64,000 nt of DNA, taken from an uncultured Verrucomicrobiae bacterium. Lineage in GTDB: Bacteria; Verrucomicrobiota; Verrucomicrobiia; Chthoniobacterales; Terrimicrobiaceae. The stretch lies in contig CAVPOC010000010.1 of the NCBI GenBank assembly GCA_963706955.1, forward strand, positions 1 to 64,000. Direction: 5' to 3'. This document shows positions 42,401 through 51,190 of this stretch, one piece after another; within the stretch, counting starts at the first letter, position 1, and the number at the start of each line of letters is the position of its first letter. The position numbers and the translations under genes are program-made. The notes below the pieces were generated by a model that was not told the origin of the DNA, did no database searches, and saw nothing but the letters and a program-made list of their open reading frames with translations.

Positions 42401-42648
42401 TTGAACGGAACTACAAACGCGTCAGGACGGCGGCAACCGGCGAGTCCAATGCCTGCGAGTGACATCGAAGCGCCCAGGAGCTTCATGAAGTCACGCTTGG
42501 TAAGTCCGCTATCTTCATAGACATCGGCCCCACGGGGAAATTCTCGCCGGAGAACCGTTTCGAAACCGGGGGAGTTCTCGAGTTCGGCAAGGCTGCGCCA
42601 GATCGTCGGCCTTTCAGGCCTTGGCGGATGATGGAAAACGCGCTTCAT
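39487..42648 (-). CDS. actB: Alternative complex III subunit B (molybdopterin-oxidoreductase-like plus Fe-S domain); true end probably 39414
   Basis: WRSLAE, Tat-like TKRDFMK, GRPTKIEGNP, CFGCNACVVAC, CQHCENAPCETVCP, CIGTRYCSNNCP, CTFC. Confidence 0.95.
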   Translation of the reverse strand: MKRVFHHPPRPERPTIWRSLAELENSPGFETVLRREFPRGADVYEDSGLTKRDFMKLLGASMSLAGIGLAGCRRPDAFVVPFNKGVEWTIPGKFLFYATAMPLRQGAMPLIVSTVDGRPTKIEGNPLHPFSNGGTDAFAQASILDLYDPNRSRTIKENGVEARPEALDNLLKGLSASAEGVAFLVERNNSPTRDRLRAELEGKFPGMIWCEYEPLGNTLAQGAVSASFGQGVRLLPNFQQADVIVALDSEFLNQSDKGVGFAHGFFQRRSPDQKGAPMNRLYVVENHYTGTGGLADHRYRCKASLIGEFTRQLGSHLSASAGDSELASILQACPKMDATFDEAWLSGCANDLLASRGRSIVFVGEQQPVWVQILGHAINQALGNIGATILGAATDEKPTGTIGDLKAGIEAGSIKTLFVLGGNPAYNAPSDLNFSDLLGKVSQSVRLGLFEDETSKLCRWHIPAAHYLEMWSDVRAYDGSYSVVQPMILPLWNGVSELEILAQLAGRPKPQGPALIQETFAQTFNADPEKWNSVLRVGFAPGSEWPAAPLSFSGGQAAAPIKDIKPLAEGIELVFLQSNSVDDGRYANNSWLQETPDFETKVTWDNVALVSPATAEKLGIRANNFGPIYQVAEQLGNNIDFDVVADLIEIKSPGGTSVTAAAYVAPGHAEDSISLALGYGRSGVSALFEGVGFNAYPLRSTDAERFLTGVQVKVTKERYPLAQTQEHRSMEGRDLFREGTLERYQHDPKFAQTMGMDSHIPPNISLYSHPQLTANEQWGMTVDLNTCFGCNACVVACQAENNVPVVGKEQVRRNRDMAWIRIDRYFAGEPEDPEMLAQAMLCQHCENAPCETVCPVNATVHSEDGLNLMAYNRCIGTRYCSNNCPWKVRRFNYFDYNQRPLDQLYAGPVARKGMADSLQMAKNPNVTVRMRGVMEKCTFCIQRIEEAKIARLVEAGPRNKNDVPIREFKTACQQACPSDSLVFGNIRNLQSPVSRTRQSDRGYVMLKYLNTLPRVSYLARIKNPNSKMPDASRVGMANGEPHGHGAESRRRGS

Positions 42649-43310
42649 CGGTGACAACCTCCGCAAGTCGTCGGCGGATTGACGTCCCACTCCTCCTTAA
42701 ACTTTGTTCCCAGTTGATGCTGTTCCTGGCTGGAGGCCGGTTTCCACGCCAGGTTAAAAACCTGGTCCGGCGGCCGGAGGTGGTTTTCCGGTGCGCGGTG
42801 GCAATCGAGGCACCATTTCATACTTTGGGACTCGTGCTGAAATACGACCTTCATGTCGTTAACGGCGCCGTGGCAGGAATAGCAGCTCACACCCCGATTT
42901 ACATGGACCGCATGGTTGAAGTAGGCGTAGTCGGGAACTCGATGAACCTTCACCCAGTTGACTGCCGGCCCATCGCCTTTGCCCCCGTTCCACGCAGCGC
43001 GCACCGCGTCCAATCTTGGATTCTGCGCCTGGACCTGCTGGTGACATCCCATGCACGTCTGCACGGTGGGCACATTTGAATGGGAAGCTATCTCCACGAA
43101 ACTATGGCAATACCGGCAGTCCATACCAAGCTGCTGCACGTGAAGATCATGTTGGAAAGGCACCGGCTGTGTCGGCTCGTAACCGACGCGCGTATACTTG
43201 GGAGTGAAATAGTAAGTGATGCCGCCGGTTATGGCCGCCCCGAGCACAGCAACACACACCGTCAGCTTCCAAGGAAGCTGATTCGTCCACTTCGGGAAGA
43301 AATTTGCCAT
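42645..43310 (-). CDS. actA: Alternative complex III pentaheme cytochrome c
   Basis: Five CxxCH (CRYCH, CMGCH, CYSCH, CLDCH, CGGCH); N-terminal TM helix. Confidence 0.95.
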   Translation of the reverse strand: MANFFPKWTNQLPWKLTVCVAVLGAAITGGITYYFTPKYTRVGYEPTQPVPFQHDLHVQQLGMDCRYCHSFVEIASHSNVPTVQTCMGCHQQVQAQNPRLDAVRAAWNGGKGDGPAVNWVKVHRVPDYAYFNHAVHVNRGVSCYSCHGAVNDMKVVFQHESQSMKWCLDCHRAPENHLRPPDQVFNLAWKPASSQEQHQLGTKFKEEWDVNPPTTCGGCHR

Positions 43311-43463
43311 CGTTGAGAGGCGCGTTAGCGGTTACTTGCGGCTGACTACCGACGAATTGCGGGAAACTAGATTCCACAATAGGAATGGCAATTGTTTTTT
43401 TTCGATCAAAAATCCAAAAATATGCCTATTTCCGAGCGAAGAGTGGCGCGTGACGGGTCGCTC

Positions 43464-43913
43464 ATGAACCGCGCAGTTCTTCTCTGCCTTTTGCTGGTGG
43501 CTGGCTTCGCGCTCGCGCAGGAAACAGCCCAAGTCACCCTACCATCGGTAACGTTGAGCGTAGCTGGCAAGGCCGTGACGGCGGAAGTGGCCGATGATGC
43601 CCAGGAACGCAGCATGGGTCTGATGTTCCGCGAACATCTTGCGCGAAATGCCGGAATGCTCTTCGTGATGCCGAAGCCCGAACGCGCTTCGTTCTGGATG
43701 AAGAATACGACCCTGCCGCTCTCGGTCGCCTACATGAATTCCGCCGGGGTAATTCTGGAGATTCATGATCTTCAGCCTCTGGATGAGAAACCTGTTCCCA
43801 GCGCCTTCCCGAACATCGCCTACGCGCTCGAGATGGAGCAGGGATGGTTTAATGAAAACGGCATCCTCGCAGGCGATCGGATCCAAGGCCTTCCGGCATT
43901 CGGCGGACAGTAG
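43464..43913 (+). CDS. DUF192 family exported protein
   Basis: GLMFR, GMLFV, FWMKNTTLPLSVAY, YALEM. Confidence 0.92.
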   Translation: MNRAVLLCLLLVAGFALAQETAQVTLPSVTLSVAGKAVTAEVADDAQERSMGLMFREHLARNAGMLFVMPKPERASFWMKNTTLPLSVAYMNSAGVILEIHDLQPLDEKPVPSAFPNIAYALEMEQGWFNENGILAGDRIQGLPAFGGQ

Positions 43914-43938
43914 GCCGAAGATCTACCTAGCCGAAGGG

Positions 43939-44003
43939 TGTAGGGGCGCTTGTGTCAAGCGCCCAGCGAAAATCCACAGGCGCTTGGCACAAGGGCCTCT
44001 ACA
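43939..44003. repeat. REP doublet, family B (best-preserved copy)
   Basis: TGTAGGGGCGCTTGTGTCAAGCGCCC...GGCGCTTGGCACAAGGGCCTCTACA, both GTAG tags intact. Confidence 0.85.
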
Positions 44004-44091
44004 ATTTTAAGACTTCATGCGCGGCAGCGTGAACCACAGACTTGCGCAGATCTGCACGGATGAAAGTGCTCTTGGCCCTTGATTCGCGCCG

Positions 44092-47000
44092 CTAGCGCGC
44101 AGGCACGTTATTACTTAACACGCCTTCGCCCGGGGCGGCGCCCACCTCTTGGAGATCGCCTTCTCCTCGCTTGAAGAAGGCGATCTTATCCAGATGCCGC
44201 TCCTGGAAATACTCCATATAGATATAAAAAACTGGAGTGCAAAACAGGGTCAGAACCTGTGCGACAACGAGGCCCCCGACAATGCAAAGGCCCATCGGTT
44301 GCCTGGAGGACCCATCCGCGCCAAAACCCAATGCCATCGGAAGCGCACCGAAGATGGCGGCGAAGGTTGTCATCAGTATCGGTCGCACGCGTTCGATGGC
44401 AGCTTCGAGGGCAGCTGCTTCTACGCCCAGGCCTTCTCTCCGGCGCATGATCGCGAAGTCGACCAACATGATGCCGTTTTTCTTGATGAGGCCGAGGAGC
44501 AGAAAGAGTCCAATAAATCCGTAAAGGTCGAGCGGCATGCCGAAAAGCTGCAAGGTGGCGAGCCCTCCAAGACTGGCCACCGGGAGGGTCGAGAGCACGG
44601 TGATCGGGTGAATGTAGCTCTCGTAAAGAATTCCCAGAATGATGTACATCACGAAAATGGCAATGATCAGCAGAAAGATCATCGCTTTGACCGTCTCGAT
44701 GAATTGAGCGCTCGATCCTGCCGGCGCGCCGGCCACCGAACCAGGAATGATCTCCTTGGCCGCTTGCTCAAGTTCGTCCGTCGCAGTGCCTGCCGGAAAG
44801 CCCGGCTTGAGATTGTAGAAGATCGTTACCGAGGTGATTTGATTAATGTGACTGATGGACTCCGGTCCGGTCTTGACGTGCGGACGCACCAACGAGCCTA
44901 GTGGCACGAGACCACCTTGCTGGTTCCGCACCCACAGCAGGTTTAAGTTGTCCAATCTTGCGCGTTGGCGATCGAGAAGTTCGAGGATGATCCAGTAAAC
45001 GTTGAGGGGAGTTTGAATCTGGCCGGTCATGCCTTGCGCGAAGGCGACGGCCAAGGTGTTCTCGATGTCCTGGACGTTCACGCCGTAGCTGTATGCCTGG
45101 TCACGCAAAATCTCTAACTCGAGGAAAGGGGTGTTCATTCGCATATCGCTTGAGACGCCGGTGAATCCCTCCGTCTTGCTCAAGCGTGCGATGAGCTTGC
45201 GTGCGGTATCGTAAAGCAATTCGGGGTCGGTACTGGTCAGCTGATAAGCGTAAGCACCCTGAGTGTTGGAGGTCGCGCCGGTATCGATGTTGAGGGTCGG
45301 ATATGGTTGCAACAGCGGAACTACGCCCGGAACCTGCTCTCGAACTTTAGCAACAATCCGCTGCGTGATTTCGGCGATCGGAGCGCGCTGCGCTTCGGGC
45401 TTCAGCAGAACGATGAAGAGACCCATCGACGTCGTGAGCTGATTGTTCTGCAATCCCGTTACGACAATAACCTGATCGACCCCGGGCTCGGCTTTCGAGA
45501 TTTCCATCAACTGCTTTTGATACGCCTGCATCTGGGCGGGTGACGTTCCCTCCGCCGCCAAGTAAACACCTCTGATCATTCCACTATCTCCCACGGGAAG
45601 GAATCCTTTGGGGATGACGAAGAACAGCCAGATGGTGCCGGCAAGAGAGAGCAACCAGATGAGAAGAGCGAGGCCCTTGCGGGCGATCATCCACTCCAGT
45701 GCCCGTTTGTAATTTGCTTTGAATGCCAGGAAATACTTGTTGAACCAACGCTGGTATCGATTCTCGCCCTCCGACTTTCGGAGCAGACGGGCGCAGACCA
45801 TCGGCGACACCACGATCGCGACCACCCCTGAAAAGATGATCGCGATCACGATGGTCACCGCCATTTCATGAAACATCCGGCCGATCAGCCCGGGCATGAA
45901 GACGATCGGGATGAAAATTGCTCCCAAAGAGAGGGTCATCGAGAGCACGGTGAAACTAATTTCCTTGGCGCCGAGCAGAGCGGCCAACGTCGCCGGCTTG
46001 CCCTCCTCAAGGTGGCGAACCGTATTTTCAAGGACGACCACCGCATCGTCGACCAGCAGGCCGACCGCGAGGGTCAGCGCCATGAGCGAGAGGTTGTCAA
46101 GACTATAGCCGAGCATCCACATCACGGCGAACGTCAAGAGCAAGGAAAGCGGAAGTGCCACGATCGGAATCGACGTCTCGCGCACCCGCCCGAGAAAGAG
46201 GAAGACGACCAGGACAACGAGGGCAAAGGCAATCAGGAGAGTCAACTTTACGTCATTGATGCTCTCCACGATCTGAACCGAATGATCGTAGTTAATGTAG
46301 GCTTCCACCGAGGCCGGAAGCGAAGGCTGCAGCCTCGCGAGGGTATCGCGCACGGCACGCGCCACATTCACATCATTGGCGCCCGGCGCCGGCGTCACCG
46401 CCACTACCAGCGACGCTGCGCGCGGCTTCATCCAACTCGTCCAGAAGTCGATGATGAGATACTGCTTCTGCAGGCCATCCACGGGCTTGGCGACATCCTT
46501 TACCCGCACAGGCGCGCCATCCTGATATCGGACGATGAGATCGTTGTAGTCCTCCGCGCGAAGAAGCTGACCCTTCGGATTAATAATGTACTGCAGGAAG
46601 TTTCCGTAAATCTGGCCCCCGGGAGTAAAGACGTTTCCCGTAGTTACGGAATTGGCCACATCGAGGACGGTCAGGCCTCGTGAAGCGAGAGCATTCGCAT
46701 CCATTTGGATGCAGACCGCGCGCGCCGACCCGTAAACCTGCGCATTGGAAACGCCCTCCAGCATCATCATGCGTTGAGCGACCATGTTGTTGGCGTAGTC
46801 ATACAGATCGCCCAACGTCAGGGTATCCGTTGCCATCGTGATGTAGACGATCGGCTGCGTGTTCGGATTTACCGTTTGGAAGCTCGGTGGCGCCGGCAAG
46901 TCGGTGGGAAGATTTCCCATCGCCCGCTGGATCGCCGCCTCCACCTCAGCCTCCGCCTGTCCCATGTCCTTGTTCAGAACGAATTGCAGGACGATGCTGC

Positions 47001-47265
47001 TCACGCCCTCTTGGTTGCGAGAGGTGATCAGGTGAAGCCCCTCGATCTGCATCATCTGAATCTCCAAGGGAGTGGAGATGTTGTTCGCCATGATTTGAGG
47101 GCTGGCACCCGGATAGTTGGTGGTGACGGCGATGACCGGATAGGCAACGTCCGGAAGCTCGCTAACCGGCAGCGAAAAATAGGCCGCGATGCCGAAAATC
47201 GCGGCCGAGATGGCGCACAGCGTCGTCATCACCGGCTTGCGAATGAACGGCTCGGATAAGTTCAT
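44092..47265 (-). CDS. RND efflux permease (MdtB/C-like)
   Basis: FIRKPV, VDDAVVVLEN, KKNGIMLVDF, RVRPILMTT. Confidence 0.95.
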   Translation of the reverse strand: MNLSEPFIRKPVMTTLCAISAAIFGIAAYFSLPVSELPDVAYPVIAVTTNYPGASPQIMANNISTPLEIQMMQIEGLHLITSRNQEGVSSIVLQFVLNKDMGQAEAEVEAAIQRAMGNLPTDLPAPPSFQTVNPNTQPIVYITMATDTLTLGDLYDYANNMVAQRMMMLEGVSNAQVYGSARAVCIQMDANALASRGLTVLDVANSVTTGNVFTPGGQIYGNFLQYIINPKGQLLRAEDYNDLIVRYQDGAPVRVKDVAKPVDGLQKQYLIIDFWTSWMKPRAASLVVAVTPAPGANDVNVARAVRDTLARLQPSLPASVEAYINYDHSVQIVESINDVKLTLLIAFALVVLVVFLFLGRVRETSIPIVALPLSLLLTFAVMWMLGYSLDNLSLMALTLAVGLLVDDAVVVLENTVRHLEEGKPATLAALLGAKEISFTVLSMTLSLGAIFIPIVFMPGLIGRMFHEMAVTIVIAIIFSGVVAIVVSPMVCARLLRKSEGENRYQRWFNKYFLAFKANYKRALEWMIARKGLALLIWLLSLAGTIWLFFVIPKGFLPVGDSGMIRGVYLAAEGTSPAQMQAYQKQLMEISKAEPGVDQVIVVTGLQNNQLTTSMGLFIVLLKPEAQRAPIAEITQRIVAKVREQVPGVVPLLQPYPTLNIDTGATSNTQGAYAYQLTSTDPELLYDTARKLIARLSKTEGFTGVSSDMRMNTPFLELEILRDQAYSYGVNVQDIENTLAVAFAQGMTGQIQTPLNVYWIILELLDRQRARLDNLNLLWVRNQQGGLVPLGSLVRPHVKTGPESISHINQITSVTIFYNLKPGFPAGTATDELEQAAKEIIPGSVAGAPAGSSAQFIETVKAMIFLLIIAIFVMYIILGILYESYIHPITVLSTLPVASLGGLATLQLFGMPLDLYGFIGLFLLLGLIKKNGIMLVDFAIMRRREGLGVEAAALEAAIERVRPILMTTFAAIFGALPMALGFGADGSSRQPMGLCIVGGLVVAQVLTLFCTPVFYIYMEYFQERHLDKIAFFKRGEGDLQEVGAAPGEGVLSNNVPAR

Positions 47266-47326
47266 CGCAGCGGAATGCCCACGGCTTGCGGCGCTGGCTC
47301 CGCACCCCGGAGTTGCCAAGCGACCT

Positions 47327-48475
47327 TCATTTCGCTTTCTCCGGCGTCGGCGACGGCGAAGGGGTCCTGCCGGGAAGAGGCGGCGGCGTCTGGAACGGCG
47401 TTGCACTAACTTTCATGCCGTCCTGGAGTCCGAGTTGACCCGCAGTCACCACATGGTCACCGGCGTTCAGACCTTTGGAAATGATCGAGGAGTCTGCATG
47501 GCGCTGCCCAAGCTCAACCTGATGCCGAGTTACCGTATTGTCGGAATTGACGACGAATACATACGGCCCTCCCTGGCCAATCATAACGCACTGGGAAGGT
47601 ATGACGATCGCGTCCTGGAGTGTCGTGAGAATCAGCTCAACATTGACAAAGAGTCCGGGCCAGAGGATGGCGTCTTTATTGGGCATTGTGGCGCGAAGGG
47701 AAAGCGTGCCTGTTCCGCTTGTGATAGCGTTGTCGATGAAAGTCATCTTGCCGGTAACCTTTTTGTCCGGCGCGCCAGGAATACTCGCCTGAACCGGCAA
47801 CTGTCCCTGGGTGAAATACTGCCGCACTTTGTCGAAGTCGTTTTCCGAAATGGTAAACTCGACGTAAATCGGGTCGATGGTCTGGATGTTGATGAGCTTG
47901 GTCGTATTAGCCGCAACAAGGTTGCCAGCGTCGACGAGATAAATCCCTGTCTTTCCATCGATCGGTGACGAGATCGTGCAGTATCCGAGATTTATTTGTG
48001 CGTTGGCCAGTTGACCCTCGGCAGTCAAGACGGCGCCTTGGGCCTGCAGCTGGTTAGCCTCCGCGGTTTGAAGGTCGGCAAGGTCGATCGTCTTCGTCTT
48101 GTAGAGCTCCTGTTGGCGCTGCAATGTCACCTGCGCGTTGGCCAGTTGCGCCTTTGCGGAATCGAGATTTCCCTCCGCTTCCTGCAAGGCTGCCTGATAG
48201 GGCGCGGGGTCGATCTGAGTTATCAAGTCGCCCTTCTTAACCGTTGCCCCTTCCTCGACTGCATAACGAAGAAGGATGCCTTCGACCTGCGCCTGCAGCG
48301 TGACGTCGGCAATCGTCACAACGTTGCCAAACGTGCCGATCGTCAGCGGCACGCTCTCGGCCGCGGCCATGGCAAACGTTACCGGCTGAAGAGGAGCTTG
48401 CGGCGTCGGCTTCTTTGCGCAGGAGGAAAAACCGATCACGAGCAACCAAAGAGCGAACGGGAGCTCGCATTTCAT
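47327..48475 (-). CDS. RND periplasmic adaptor (MFP), lipoprotein
   Basis: Lipobox-like FSSC, ISSPIDG, LWPGLFV; PSPSPTP tail. Confidence 0.93.
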   Translation of the reverse strand: MKCELPFALWLLVIGFSSCAKKPTPQAPLQPVTFAMAAAESVPLTIGTFGNVVTIADVTLQAQVEGILLRYAVEEGATVKKGDLITQIDPAPYQAALQEAEGNLDSAKAQLANAQVTLQRQQELYKTKTIDLADLQTAEANQLQAQGAVLTAEGQLANAQINLGYCTISSPIDGKTGIYLVDAGNLVAANTTKLINIQTIDPIYVEFTISENDFDKVRQYFTQGQLPVQASIPGAPDKKVTGKMTFIDNAITSGTGTLSLRATMPNKDAILWPGLFVNVELILTTLQDAIVIPSQCVMIGQGGPYVFVVNSDNTVTRHQVELGQRHADSSIISKGLNAGDHVVTAGQLGLQDGMKVSATPFQTPPPLPGRTPSPSPTPEKAK

Positions 48476-48784
48476 TCGGTGGCCTTGGTAGTTGCCGAAA
48501 CGCTTGCTGTCAATCGCAGGCAAGCGCCAGACCACCTCCTCGTCTCCGTTGCGACAAACAGCCAAATGTTGCAACGGCACGGCACTTAGGAAGACTTCGC
48601 CTTAGAGTGCCCATAACATGAAGTCCAAGAGAAGCCGGAAGAGCGGTGAGACCAGCCTTCGGTCTAGCCTGGCGCCCAAACGCGGCGTCTCAGATGATTG
48701 AGGGACTTCAAGACAAGTGCCTCGAAACTCCCCACTATGCCACCTCCTGGCGAGGAAGCTATCCAGCTAACGCTGTGTGAGGAT

Positions 48785-50417
48785 TCAGTTCACCAACTCG
48801 ATCTCACTTGGGCGCCAGCTCTTGTCAAAGAAAGACTCGAGCGGGCTGTAGAGGCGCAGGATCGTGAACCACCCCTTCCCCGGCATTGTTTGGATCCAAT
48901 TGCCGCGCTTGATGCCCTCGGGCTGTTCGGGGGCGAAGTAGATTGTCGTGGAGCCGTCATCATTCGGCTCGGCGGCGGGCGACGGATAGCTCTGGCTGCC
49001 GGCGCGCGGGTAGCGCTGCGGCGTATCGAGCATCGAGCGTGACTGATTGTCGTACACCGTGAACGACCAGAATGATCGCGCGGGAATGTCCTTGGGCAGG
49101 GTGACCTTGTAGGTCTTGGCGCCGTCGTAGGGATTACCGTTGGAGTCCAGGAAGCCCATCAAATACTGCGAGCCGACGTCGGGGATGCGCATGATCATCC
49201 CCGGCGAATCGAACGTGTAGGCGTAGTAGAACGCCGTCCGCGAGTCGAGGGTCCGAGCGCCCGTGGGCGGAAGCGGTTTAAACAAGCCCTCTTTGGTGAA
49301 CTCCGGCGGCGGCGTTTCAAAGAACGCTCCACCTTCCCAAAGCATCGTGCCCCACATCGAGCCGGGATAGTAGGACCAGTCGGGATGCATCACGGCGTAC
49401 CGCCAGTTCAGCACGCGTCCAACCGCATTGCCGACGGCGGCAGCGTCGGTGAGGATCTTCTTCATTCGCTCGTCCGGCTCGAAAGGCTTACCCTTCGCGA
49501 TGCCGATCGCCGCCAACTGGCCGGCAAGTTCCACATCGTAACTGGTCGCCGGCTCCTCCTGCACGTTCTCGTTAATCATCTGGAAAAATGTGAAATCGCT
49601 GGGAGGGATCGTATTAAACGATTTTCCGCTCGCTTCGATGAACTTGGTCTCAGGGACGGGCGGATTCGCCTCGAGGCGGACTTTGCCTTCCAGGGCTGTT
49701 GCAATGCTCGTCCCAAAGCCGCCGGGCGCATATGGGTAGATCTTGAGATACTTCTTGATCAACTCGACGGTTGGCTTCGGATCGTTATCCACCAGGAATG
49801 AGCGGGCGGCATAGAGCACACGGTTTGTCTTGGAGTGTGCAATAAAGAAGCCGCCCTCAGGCAGGGGACCGTTATAATCTGGCGGAACGAGAAGGTATTT
49901 GCCGCCCTCTCCTCGATCCGGTCCGGGAAACCCAACGTCGACAATCCAGCTGAACCACATGTCGTTGATGGTGCCCAGCCCCTTCGGCGGCTGCTCGATC
50001 ACCATCGGCCCCTTGCTGAGATCAATAACACCCAGGTAGTAAATGGTATCGGCGTTAGCCGTGAGGAAAAGTGACTTGGCGTCCATCAGGTCGGAGAAAA
50101 TGACAATCGAGTTATCCTCCGCACCAATACTCAAGAAGCCCTGGCGGATCGCGTATGCGGAGGCGCCGCGGAAACTGTTGTTGTAGGCGTTCAGACCGCG
50201 GGTGAAGTCCAGCGCGTCGCGAACCTTCTCGGCGGTTTCCACGGTCGGCGCGCCGTCTTGAAACTCGAGTGTCCCAATGCGCGTCTCGACTTTGTCCGGC
50301 GTGAGGATGGACGCTGGAATCTCGGTGGCTGGCTGTCCGGACGCTTTCAGCAACAATGAAAAGCGCGGCGCCAATCAGCGCGCCACAAAAAGCGAGGAAG
50401 CTATCGATGCATTTCAT
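48785..50417 (-). CDS. DUF1254/DUF1214 exported protein, frameshift near 50345 separating the signal peptide
   Basis: LTANADTIY, GPDRGEGGKYL, FWSFTVYD, LRLYSPLE. Confidence 0.85.
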
Positions 50418-50823
50418 TGCTTCGCAAGGATCGCCAAAGATGAGGAGTCGTTTTTCATGGACGAGAGTCTGGTAAATTTCTTCCCGGGGTGACTAGCGCG
50501 GTTGTGCGAGGTTACGGAGATTTCACGACAAGACCTTGTCAACCCTTGCCGCCGGTGACATTGTTACGAAGTACGTTCGTCGACCCTGCCGGCGATTGCC
50601 TTCAAACGTTCGATTCTTTAGAAAGTTCCGATTGTTTCTCCCGCCTCGAGAGAATCAGCAGGCAAAGACAATCTCGCACCTATTAGCTCGTGGCGTGCGA
50701 TATCACAAAAAGCTCGGTCAATCCTTCCTGACAAAGGCTCCTGATAGTCTGCGCACCAGAGGGCAACATTTCGCCAAAAGGATGGAAAACGCACACACTT
50801 CGGCTTAGAGTGGAAGGGAAACC

Positions 50824-50976
50824 ATGAGCCGAGAGAAAGAACCCGAAGACCGACCCAGGCGCGAAAAAGAAAACATGGACGAACCCCAGGAAGAGTTCAT
50901 CGATATTTCATCAGTTCCCTCCCATACGAAAGACGAGGAAGAGAAAAAGGGCAAAAAACCGCCGGAGCAAACATGA
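50824..50976 (+). CDS. 50-aa highly charged small protein
   Basis: MSREKEPEDRPRREKENMDEPQEEFIDISSVPSHTKDEEEKKGKKPPEQT, preceded by purine-rich GGAAGGGAA. Confidence 0.5.
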   Translation: MSREKEPEDRPRREKENMDEPQEEFIDISSVPSHTKDEEEKKGKKPPEQT

Positions 50977-51026
50977 CCGCTTAGAAACTCGCAAACGAAG
51001 CCGTGTTCTCCCTTTGGTGACAACTT

Positions 51027-51173
51027 TAACCACAGAGGACACAGAGGAAGGTCCAGCGGGGAGTTTCGGTTGTCCGTGACGAGGAAAGCCGAAAAGTCGC
51101 CCCAAACAAAAATGACCACTCTTTTAGAAACTCGCGAAGTAAGACTCTGTGTTCTCCGTGTCCTCTGTGGTTA
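51027..51173. repeat. Inverted pair of 9-nt-periodic ACCACAGAGGACACAGAG repeats
   Basis: TAACCACAGAGGACACAGAG at 51027 versus the reverse complement of 51145..51173, TAACCACAGAGGACACGGAGAACACAGAG. Confidence 0.8.
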
Positions 51174-51190
51174 GTCTTTGGTCGCCTACT

